Shown one piece after another: positions 12,403 to 23,229 of a DNA stretch of 64,000 nt. This stretch comes from Paragordius varius (lineage: Eukaryota > Animalia > Nematomorpha). Location: the NCBI GenBank assembly GCA_964247055.1, contig OZ176052.1, positions 11,470,001 through 11,534,000 on the forward strand, read 5' to 3'. The notes beneath the pieces were generated by a model. It had not been told where the DNA came from. It saw nothing but the letters and a program-made list of their open reading frames with translations, and did no database searches. The stretch's first letter is position 1. Every line of letters starts with the position of its first letter. The position numbers and the translations under genes are program-made.

Positions 12403-15400
12403 TAATTTACCATAAATTGAACATTTTGTTAGCTGTTCCGCAATTTGGCCCAAAATAACATTATTATTGTAATAATTATTTCCAATATTGATTTTATTAT
12501 TGATTACATTAAAATTTTTAATGTTTGCAAAAAAATTGGCTTTCAAACTTTCCAATTCTTTTTCTATATCAGTATTATTTGCATTATTATAAATATTTGT
12601 CGATGTTGTTTGATAAAATATCTCAGTTTTTTTATTATCCATCAGCTGTTGTTTTGGAATGGGGAGAGGGCGGATATGTCTTAGACTTTGATCACATGTG
12701 ATTTGTTGATTTTGGATTCTTAGGAGTGAAAATGCAGACCAGTGTTTTGGAGTTGTCATGGCAACAACGGAGTTTGCAGAAAAATTTTGGGTTGCGAAAT
12801 CAAAAACATCCGATGATTTTAGAGGAATCAAATTGTAATATCGACTAAAATTAAAGTATAGTAAAATTATGATTAAATAAATTAACATTAAATTTAATTA
12901 TACATTTAATTTTACATTTTTGGATTATAAGCAATTCGATATAAATGATACATTTATATAATTTTACCTATACTATAGATAATTAAAATTGATATATAGA
13001 TAAATAATGACTCAACTTTTCTATGACAAGATTAGCATATGGATTGTTGCCATGGTGATTCCCGATTCCATTTGCACTAAGCAACTGTTGTCGCTTATCA
13101 GCTGTTTGAGCATTTTTCTGAAGCAAATAAGCCCTGAGATTTGGGTCCACGAAAAACCGTGAATATTGACCATCACCTGATTCTAAAATTTGATATATAT
13201 ATATATATATATCAGGGTTTAGAACGATTCAAAAAAAGGGAACCGGAACCGGTTTTTTTCATTTATAACTGGTTCAATTTTCGGTTCCTGACTTTTGATC
13301 AAATGATTTTCTTACAAAATATTTATAATAACAATAATACAACCAAAATATTAAGTATTATAAATCAAACAATTTATTATAAATTGCGAAATATATAGTG
13401 AAAGAAATATAGTGTAACATAATAAATGAAACAAATTATAAAAATATAATAGGAAAATGTATAAGTTCAAAGGTATATAAGGAGTGTTAAATGAAGTATG
13501 GCATATAAAAAAATCTTTATTTTACTTTAAAATTTTTTGCACCAAGCAATTTGCTGGTGAAACTCTTCTCCGGTCTGAAAATAAATTAAGGGTAAAAAAA
13601 CTCTTTTCAACGAGGACCAATATATAACATGTGTATTTTAAATAATCTTGAGTTAAGACTATTAGTTTTTTTAAAAAAACAGCCGAATCGCCCAAAATTC
13701 AGAGAGTATCGGTAATATAATATTAGGCGCTTAGTTGTAGGTTTGAAGTTTAATATGTAGTGGTACAATCAAATTTAAATAATAAAATAAAATTTTATTA
13801 AAATCATATGGGAACCAGTAATTAAGGGGGTGGAACCGAAACCGCGTTGGTTCCATCCCTATGGAACCGGTTCTTATTATTATGCTTTTACGCTCAGTCG
13901 CACGTATGGCGCCGAAGCAATGAAGTAATTTTTTTTTACTTTAATTAACCTAATTTTTGGATCAGGGTGACTCAACAAGGAGAGTATTAAATTGTTAATA
14001 TCTTTATATATTATATGTGTCATTTTTTGTTTTTTTCTGTTGTCCTTATGTTCTCTTATCTACATAAATTTAAGATAATGTACTAAAATACAAACTACTT
14101 CAAGTATCTAAATTCTTTCAAAGGTCGGTAGATATAATTCCTTAGGTCGAGTTCGACCTTTTAGAAATTAAAATGACCAGCTCTTCACTTGCCTCTTTCC
14201 CATGCTATTTCCTCCATTTACATATCTACAAGATTCCTTCTTTACCCAGCCATCTTAACATACATCGGTGTTCCTTTTTTTCCCCTTAAACTTTTCCGAA
14301 AATTAAATCCTTCCCAAGAGATGTAATTCTTAAAATGTGACCAATGTACGTGAACATCCTTTTTATTATAGCTCCCATCAAGTGGCTCTCAATATTTAAT
14401 CTTTCTCCTATTGTTTCATTACCGTGTCAGACCATCTTATATTCAACATTCTCCTCCAACACCACATTTCAAATGCTGCTCTCCTTTTTTATCCATCAGT
14501 TTTAGTGTCCGACTTTCATCAGCAGAAGTCGCTACCGGAAAAACCATGCCTTTTATTACTCTCATTTTTGTTTTCATAATTATATCTTTTTTCCATAATT
14601 TAGTCAACTTGCTCGCAGTTGACTTCCCTGATGCTATGCGGCGTTTAATATCTGGCTAGGAGCCGTTGATGTCTTTACCTAAGAATAGGATTTCATTTAC
14701 TACTTCTACTGGGGTGTCGTCTATAGTTATAATCGGTTTATTTTCTAATAAACTCATAACTTTGGTTTTCTTTGGGTTGAGGTTCAATCCATATCTTTTG
14801 CTTTCATCTCTTACTAACCTTATCATATTATTTAAACTTTCTACATTATCTGCGATCAGCGTCGTGTCATCTGTGAAACTTAGATTGTTAATCGTTCTTC
14901 CTCCTATGGTTAGGCTTTCAGTAGCTTCATCTACTTATCTCATGATCATTTCTGTATAAATATTAAGCAAGTATAGTGTGAGGCAACATCCTTGTCTTAC
15001 ACCTTTCTGTTATTCAAATTTCGTTAGTTCTGCACAGTGGGGTTGAGAAATTCCAGATTGAAACATGTAAAGAATATCAAGTGGAATTAGTTATATGTTG
15101 TATTAATTATACCCAGGCATTTGACTTGATTAACCATGTACATTTATGGTAAAGTTTGGAAGCAATGGGAATTACAGAAAAGCTTATAACCTTGCTTAAA
15201 AATTTATATAAACACCCAAAATCCATAATACGAACCCCGCTGTGCTGAACTAACGAAATTTCAATACCAAAAGGTGTTAGACAAGGATGTTGCCTCACAC
15301 CATACTTGTTTAATATTTGTACAGAAAATATCATGTGAAAAGGAGATGAAGATACTAAAAGCCTAACGATAGGAGGTAGAAGGATAAACAATCTAAGATT

Positions 15401-18400
15401 CGCAGATGACCCGACGCTGATCGCAGATAATGTAGAAAGTTTAAATAATATGATAAGGTTGGTAAGAGAAGAAAGTAAAAGAAATGGATTGAATCTCAAT
15501 CCTAAGAAAACCAAAGGTATGAGTTTATCAAAAAACAAACATAATGTAAGCTTTAGACGACACCCAGTAGAGGTAGTAAATGAAATCCTATTCTTAGACA
15601 GATATCAACGGCTCCTAGCCAGATATTAAACGCCGCAAAGCATTAGGGAAGTCAACTGCGAACAAGTTGACTAAATTATGAAAAAAATGAAATGCATGGT
15701 TTTTCCGGTAGCGATTTCTGCTGATTAATGTCGGACACTAAAACTGAATGATAAAAAAGGAATGCAGCATTTGAAATGTGGTGTTGGAAAAGAGAATGTG
15801 GAATATATGATGGTCTGACAAAGTTAGGATTGAAACAATAAGGTAAAAAATAAAATATTGAGAGTCTCTTAATGAGAAAATAAAAAAGTTTAAGTACATT
15901 GGGCACATTTTAAGAATTTGTTTTGGGAAAGTTCAAGAAAAACTAAAAAAGGAAGACCGATGTTAAGATGGCTGGACACTGTAAAGAAGGAATCTGGTAG
16001 ATGTGTAAACGAATTGAAGGAAATAGCATGGGAAAGAGACAAGTGGAGAGAACTGGTCATTTTAATTTTCAAGGTGTCGAACACCTAAATTACCTGCCCT
16101 ACCTACCTATATCAACAAAAACTAAAAATTACTAAATTAAAATTTACCCAATCAGCTGTTATTAATTAATTTAAACAATCAGTGTTTATAAATTACTAAA
16201 GTTTTTGGATATTTTCATAATTGTATGCGAAAAATTTATTTTTAGTATCAGTGTTTTAAAAAATAAAAATATGTAAAAATCTTTGATTTATCTTAGAGAG
16301 ATAATTATTAAAATAATATGTAAAATAACCTGTATATATATTTTGAGAATATTCGTAATTCCTGAAATCAGCTGTCGATGGATTTGAATAAATATTTAAA
16401 TTGAAGTGTGGCGTCTGTTTTTTATATATTAATATTTTTAAAATTATTTAAAAATATATTGATTATAAAAACTATATATATGTAAAATAATAATAAATGA
16501 TAATAAATAACTTTTGTTAAAAATTTTTTATATATAATTAGAAAAATTTAATAAACCATTGTTTCGATTTGTAAACTTATGGGAAGTTCGCAAGACGCAA
16601 ATTTATTTGATAGATTTTCAACAGCTGATTGCAAATATTTTTCCTGAAAATCTTGAGAATCTAAAAAATAAATTTTATCAAACAAATTAATTTGAACATG
16701 TAATATTCATAACGGGTATATTAAATATTTTAGAAAATAGATAAATTAAAATTATAATTTTCCAATAAAAAAAATATATGTTGTATTATATTAATTAATG
16801 GTAAATTTGTGTTAAGAATTTTATAATACAGGTGGAAATTAAGTTTTGAAAATTTTTATTAAAACTAATTTATGTAATAAAATAAAAAAACTAAAGGAAA
16901 TCTAAAACTGCGATTTCATATCATTTTTTACCACAATAATCTTATAAAAATATTATTCAGTTTTTAATTTTATATCACGATAAATTTTCTAAAATAATTA
17001 AAAAAAATGAAAAGTATAGATTAAAAATACTTGAATTATTTAAACGCTATAAAACTATTACAAAATTATTTAGTATTTAAAAATTTTGTAATAATCTCAC
17101 TTTGAAACATCATGAGAGAATTTTCCAGCGAATCAGCTGATTCCAATCCAACAAAGTTTGTTGCAGATAAAAGAGGAGTCATAGCAGGTGTTAATGGAAA
17201 AGTTTCAGTCTGATATGAATGATTGAATATTGTTATTAAATTAAAAATTATAAATTTTGTTTTAAAATTTATTTTTGGTAATATTATTTCAAAAGCTACT
17301 AATATATTAATATGTTTTTTGGAATATTAATGACAAAACATATTACATAATAAAATATTTAAGACACGGCTTATTATATAAAAAGATTTGATTGGCATAA
17401 TGTGTAAACGTAAAGTAAAAATATTGTCATAAATTAACCAAAAGTCCTTTTAAAGACATGATATTATAAGATATAGGTGATTCCTTTAAAAATAATTACA
17501 ATACATTGTCCATGATTTGATACTTATTGGAATAAAAATTATAAAAAACGATATACCAAAAAATTATTTGGTGATGTTTGTCTTAGGAGGTCAATGACCT
17601 GTTTGGTTGTTTCCGTCAGCTGATCGTTGCCACCGGCAACGGCTTTAATTGACGATATATCATCTATACTTAGCAATGGTTGATTGTCACCATATGGATG
17701 ATTTATATTGGGCTCAAATAGGCCCCCGTTCAAAAACAGCTGATCTTCCCCATTAACTGTTGGATTTGTATTAATATTGTTATTATTATAGAAATAAGTT
17801 GTCCCGCCAATATTTTCCTAAAAGGGATATATATAAAAAATATATATTTTTCAAACATAATTACATTTTTTCCTTTTTTTATTTTGTTATCATTATCAAA
17901 CATTTTTTTAGAATTTTCGTTCTTTATCTATATCATGTTTATAAAAAATGATTGTTTACTAATAGTAGTTTTATCTGGACCATATTTAAAATATATTAAA
18001 TGTTTTGAATTAACGGCAACAAAAATATCGAATTATCGGTTACTAGGGTCATTTTAATTGCAAATAGGGAAAAAAATTCATACTTGCTCACACACTCATT
18101 TAAATTTTTTATCCTTATTTTCAATTAAAATGTACCCATATAAACAATAATATGACTCGCTGTAAACTGTATGTTTTAACAAAATTAAAAGGTAAAATCC
18201 ATACATCATAAAAAAGATTTACTAAATCTGATAACTGTTAAAGAAATAAATTGCTATTTCAAAATATTTTCAACAAACTAATGTGATATTCAATTTCATC
18301 AAAAAAATGAATGATTATCATTTGTTAGATTGTCAATAACTGTAAAAATTTAAATTTTAATCAGAAAATGAAATAATAATGAAAATATTTTATTTTAAAA

Positions 18401-18540
18401 TTAAATAAATATAATTTATTGTGTAAAACAATTAATAAAACCTGAAAAGGTATTTTGGAATTATTTAAAGATGGCATTATTTGATTTCCCCCAATGGTCA
18501 GTTTATTTGATTTTGAATATTCCTTTTGGGTATTTTGCAT
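6544..18540 (-). CDS. PAN3: PAN3 pseudokinase subunit of the PAN2-PAN3 deadenylase, ~877 aa. 19 coding exons: 18540-18442, 17817-17557, 17209-17101, 16660-16557, 16414-16330, 13182-13017, 12844-12411, 10793-10668, 10523-10404, 10212-10050, 9746-9650, 9345-9243, 8903-8816, 8601-8554, 8394-8292, 8196-8132, 7744-7593, 7083-6896, 6666-6544
   Basis: The phase-consistent GT-AG splice model (2634 nt) yields the PAN3 hallmarks [114 protein letters not shown] and [12 protein letters not shown]. The start codon is the least certain part. Confidence 0.92.
11549..12212. mobile_element. Non-autonomous hAT element in PAN3 intron 7
   Basis: 11-bp TIRs TAGGGTTGTGC/GCACAACCCTA, a perfect 8-bp TSD GTTATCAA (11541-11548 and 12213-12220) and subterminal GACC/GGTC repeats. 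Confidence 0.9.
13213..13861. mobile_element. Degenerate hAT-like non-autonomous element in PAN3 intron 5
   Basis: CAGGG...CCCTA termini with GAACCG/CGGTTC subterminal repeats at both ends. No TSD is visible. Confidence 0.45.
14135..15045 (-). mobile_element. 5'-truncated RTE-clade LINE (reverse transcriptase remnant plus 3' end), copy 1
   Basis: Its reverse complement aligns along its length with the + strand copy at ~15230-16095, including the [10 protein letters not shown] and NLSFTDD-like RT motifs. Confidence 0.8.
15110..16095 (+). mobile_element. 5'-truncated RTE-clade (BovB-like) LINE, copy 2
   Basis: The + strand translates as AFDLINH...[16 protein letters not shown]...[14 protein letters not shown]...[10 protein letters not shown] with in-frame stops. 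A short tacc-type repeat tail follows near 16090-16110. Confidence 0.85.
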
Positions 18541-19204
18541 ATTCAAACAATTTTTAATTCGAATAACTAATATATAAAAAAATTTGAAAAATGATTATAT
18601 AAAGTTCTAATTAATTCAATATGGCTAAGTTTAACAAATATTCAAAAAAATCTAAATTTTAAAAAAATTCCAATAAATGTTTTAGTATTTATAGTGTGAA
18701 ATATCGGAATATTTCCAAAAACTTTTAAAGGCTTTAAATAAAAAGTGTTATAAAAACAGTATTGTGATAAACATATTATTTAAATGTTTGTGTCTAACGT
18801 AATTTACTTAATGATTCCGTAAAAGAAAAAAATTTCAATCAAATGAAAATAAATAGTTTATTAAAATCATAGACCAGATTTAATCTTGATAATTTCTGCT
18901 GTTATATAATATTAACATACCGATTAAGGCGTGGATATAAAATTATTTTAAAATGTTAATCCATTTTGATAACAATTGAAAATTTCGTTCAAAAAAATTT
19001 CGTTTTGGTAGTGACACTTGGAATGGACATCCATAATATCAGTTGATTAAAATTTTTAAATTTTAATTGTTCAAAATTTATATTATATACAAGATTTATT
19101 CATATATTTGATAGCTATAAAATCTTATCTATTAAAGTAACCCTTAAATTATTTAAAAAATATATTTCATGTCATCCAATTTAATATTTCCTAACATTTT
19201 AGAG

Positions 19205-21058
19205 CAGTGGCACTCACCAAAAAAATTTGACGGGCCAAATAAAATATATTATTTTTTCGAGGGCCATGAACCTTATAATGGCAAATATTCCATAGCTATT
19301 TGACACATATGCACATATTTATACTCTAAATCAGCACAATGAATTTTTTGCGGATCGCATGTAAATTCAGCTAGAAACTCGTTTTGCACCATTTTGTTTA
19401 AAAAAAAATGTTTTGATAACAACATTCATTTTGATATTAACCAATAATTTTTGATAAGTTTCGCCTCATGACAGGCCAATCTTAATACGTCGTCCATATG
19501 ATCCTCGGTTAAGCGATTTCTGTATGTATTCTTGGCATACTTCATTTTTTAATATGCCGCCTCACACGTGTAAGTTGAAAAAAAAACAGTATTTGGCACA
19601 TCTTGCCAAAACTGTACATTTCTTTCTTCCCCCACGATTCTCCTAATATAGTCTCCTGAAATCATTTTTAAGATCTACGAATTCTTCAATGATATGCGCC
19701 TGTCAAAACTGAAATACTCGAGTTGCTTAATATTGGATTATCCATATGCCATGGATTTTCAACGAGTTTTAAATTTTTAATATTTCTTAATTCTGAATTT
19801 CATCTCATTAGATTAAAATGTTAAATGATAACCTCCGTGATAATGTCGCAAAGGTAGGCTAATAAAACCCACTGTTTGTCACTATTATTGTCCTCGTCAA
19901 ACCTTCTGTTATCATTTATAAATAGTAGAATTTTATACCTTAAAACAAAAAATCTATTTAATACTTTGGTAAGGCTAAGCCATCGCACAGCGGTGTACAA
20001 ATATGGTCAAATTCATTGTGGATATCTTTCAGAAGGTTTTTGAATTTACGGCCGTTGAATTCTTTGCCACGGATGTGGTTAACTATATCCACAAACGTTT
20101 TTATTACTGAATTGAGTGATTCATCTTTTATACGCGAAACCAAGTTGCTGATGAATAAAGCAGTAAAAGGATAAAATATTTTGCAAATTATTTTGTTATT
20201 CAAAAGGGGAATAAATCCTCTGTTTATTCCAATGATAGAGGGACAGCCATCTGTCCACAAACCAATTTTTTCATAGATATGCCATTATTATCGAAAAAAT
20301 GCTAATTATTTCTAAGAAATTACTTCTTTTCGTGGTATTATTCATTGATAAAAATAAATACTCGTTGATTATGTTGTCGTTGCAAAATCTCATGAACGCA
20401 CATTAAGATGTCTTTCCATATTGTATTTTTTATAATTATGTGGTCCTTACATATAAGGCAGGTAACAACATTTTTTTAAAAACGACAAAAAAAATTTCTT
20501 CCTATTCTTTTTTAAAGGAGCGTTTTTCATCGGATAATTTACGTTTTTTAGCATTAGATGTCATCCTTTTGATTTGTTTAAATATTATGTAAATTTTTTC
20601 AAAAAATAGGAATATAATTTGAATGCTATAAAAAAAACAGGACGAAATTTATTGATGTTGATTTGATAAATATTTTATGGAAATGAGTATCAGGAAATGA
20701 TGTAAAATAGCAATGAAAAGAATATACAAGTTTGGGTGAAAGGCTTGCTTTACAAAAAAGGAATGCAATAAAAATTTTAAAATAAAAAAGAAAATAAAAT
20801 ACAGAAACAGAAACAACGTGTGCCAAATAATCATTTTAATGTAGGAAAATTTTATACTTTTCAAATTGGGTAAAAAATAAAAATTACCAAAATTAACTTT
20901 AAAGAAAATAAATTAATATTAAAATACGCAAAAATTCGCCTATGTGTATTTTAAAAATTCATCAAAAAAATAATTTATGTATCAATTTGGTGATAGGGCA
21001 ATTTTAAAGCACTCTTAGGGCCGCATGCGGCCCGCGGGCCGCGGTTTGAGTATCACTG
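19205..21058 (-). mobile_element. Decayed hAT (Charlie/Buster-group) transposon just upstream of PAN3
   Basis: TIRs CAGTGGCACTCA / TGAGTATCACTG and a perfect 8-bp TSD TTTTAGAG on both sides. Transposase remnants are TDGCPSIIG...LNSVIKTFVDIVNHIRG (19958-20260) and a hATC-like STYTCEAAY..MKYAKNTYRNRLT (~19480-19600). Confidence 0.9.
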
Positions 21059-21349
21059 TTTTAGAGGGTAGTCTGCCCTTAGAGATATAAATAAAAATCT
21101 AGATATTGGGTGTAATTCCAAATTAAGCATGACTCTTAGATATTTATAAATAAGTCTGTTTTTATATTTAAAGATTCAAAATATATACTTATTCCTGATT
21201 TTTGCATTTTTTTTGTTCAAAATGTTTCTATATGGGTAGTTTTCTTTCCTAAAACTCATTGAAATAAACTACTAGTTAAAATTTAATAATATAACATTGT
21301 TTTTGTATTATTTAAAGTTATATTTTTTACAGTTTAATAGCTTCTAGAG

Positions 21350-21673
21350 CAGGGGTGCCTAGCACAATACAGGCCGCATGCGGTCCACCAAAACGTTATA
21401 TGCGGCCCACGAAAAATTAGTAGATCCATAATTTGCAAAAAAATACTTGCAAGATTTTGATATAATTGATATATCTTAACAAATTTTCTGAATAAGTCTA
21501 TCCTTTATTGGCAATAAAATAGAAATAGATGTCATATTATGTTTTATTTTACAGTCTTATATTTGAAATCTAATAAAATATATATTAATAGCCATATATA
21601 TCTCAAATGCGGCCCGTAAGATTTTTTAAACTAAAATTGCGGCTTTTGAAGCCATTTGTTTTGGACACATTAG
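21350..21673. mobile_element. Degenerate hAT MITE (MER5/Charlie-like)
   Basis: It begins CAGGGGTGCC after TTCTAGAG, has internal GGCCGCATGCGG / ATGCGGCCC motifs shared with the 21.0-kb element end, and ends TTGGACAC... before TTTTAAAG. Confidence 0.6.
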
Positions 21674-21738
21674 TTTTAAAGTCTAAAATTGAAACAGATT
21701 CAAAAGAAGATTTAAATAAAGAGTTAATTTTTAAATCA

Positions 21739-21741
<3 letters not shown>

Positions 21742-21785
<44 letters not shown>
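21742..21785. repeat. (TA)n microsatellite, one of several (also ~12370, 13195, 22240, 24500, 39110, 39390, 43620, 58365)
   Basis: Directly visible dinucleotide runs. Confidence 0.95.
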
Positions 21786-21787
<2 letters not shown>

Positions 21788-22559
21788 TTCGCTGGTAAAA
21801 AATGTATTCCCAAAACTACAACTTATTTATTTACATTTTCTAACCATAATATACATTTTATTTCCCCGTGGTATTAGTGGTTAAAAATTTAAGTAAAAAA
21901 TGGCTATAAGTTTGAGATGAAGATTTTTTTAATTTTACATTTTTATAAAAATTATTATGTATTAAGCGCATAAACGCCTAAATAATATTCTTTAATTATA
22001 ATCCCTTAAATGCTTGTTAAGATATTCATGTTTTAGATCGCTCCAGGATATAAAACTACCCAAAAAATCATAAGTTTTAAATGTGCGTGAATTTTCAGCC
22101 ATTTTGTGTAATTAGCATAAGAATGGAAATAACTTTCTTAAATAACTCGTATGGCCTAAACTAAAAGCGCTATGATGATTTTTTTCTATTGGAATTTATC
22201 TACTAAATGTTTCATCGAGAGATTTTTTTTAATCTATCTATCTATATATATATATATATATATGTTTAATCATATTATTTCAAAACTAAAAAAATTTGTC
22301 CGTGAGAAATTTTTGAGTTAGACCCGTTCTTTGTTAAAATTAAATATTGACAAATATATTAAGTTAGCAGACCTAACATTTTTACATTAACATTTTATCA
22401 TTAAAATTATGATAATTAAGATTTAACGAAAATTGTTGAGCTCACAGTAGTCAACATTTTATAGGATAACTAAAAAAACTTAAATACTCATATATGTTTA
22501 TTAAGTGTTAGATATAAAAAAATTACAACATGCAAATTAACAATAAAAGTAAATATTTC

Positions 22560-22860
22560 TCTCACATCATTCTTGATCAGGACGCTCATTAACAAGTGTC
22601 TGATGTATTTTTTCTTCCATTTTTGCAGTTGTGGTAGTCTTTAACATCAATTTTTCGTTCCTCATATCCTGTGATTGTTTTGTGCCATGTTTTAAAAAGA
22701 TGACCTGTTTGAATCTAATTTATAATGTTGCATCTTTTTCAAATTATCATCATCTCTTAGCTCAATGTGTCCTAACCAGCTTAGTCTGTTGGTTTGATAT
22801 ATAATCAATTGGATCTATTTAAAAGATTGCGTGGGCGTCAAAATTATTGTAATGGTGAAT
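22560..22860 (-). mobile_element. LINE 3'-terminal remnant (RTE-like)
   Basis: The reverse strand contains a degenerate RLSWLGHI-type C-terminal segment. Confidence 0.45.
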
Positions 22861-23229
22861 GACGGATGGATTATGTTTTTGTAATAACAGTTGTTAAATC
22901 CGTAAGATAATGATAAACGAAAATTAAATTAATTGAAACATAATTATAAACAGAAACTATAAACGATATGTGAAACCCTTTCGTCAATAGTAATCGCAGG
23001 CTAGTTTCGTGCTTGTTAGGACTCATCAGTACGACACAATTATTTGACTTGGGGTTTCACATATCGATTTCGTATATATCTATCTAACTTTGTAATTTTG
23101 GTAAAAATGCAGTTGGTTATACGAATTTAAATTATATTTATTGACATTCATGATTGAAATTATATTTGGTTGAGTTTAATGCATAAAGGATTATCATGAG
23201 GATTTTATTTTCGTAAAATTTTGTTTTTA

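Larger units (their letters stand above)
6982..17742. promoter_or_regulatory. Dense homotypic cluster of E-boxes (18 CAGCTG, 7 CAGGTG/CACCTG) across the PAN3 gene body
   Basis: CAGCTG starts at 6982, 7724, 8298, 8392, 8901, 9071, 9304, 9534, 10115, 12150, 12643, 13099, 16153, 16369, 16622, 17134, 17617 and 17737. CAGGTG/CACCTG starts at 7602, 7710, 9683, 10422, 13174, 16829 and 17185. The motifs are seen directly; a regulatory function is inferred. Confidence 0.6.

Noticed and set aside
14411-15538. ORFs 14411-14659, 14666-14959 and 15107-15538 as independent genes
   Set aside because: They are antisense shadows of the two RTE reverse transcriptase remnants.
20626-20864. Hydrophobic Phe/Ile/Leu-rich short ORFs here and throughout the ORF track as membrane peptides
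   Set aside because: These are expected artefacts of T-rich intronic and intergenic sequence.
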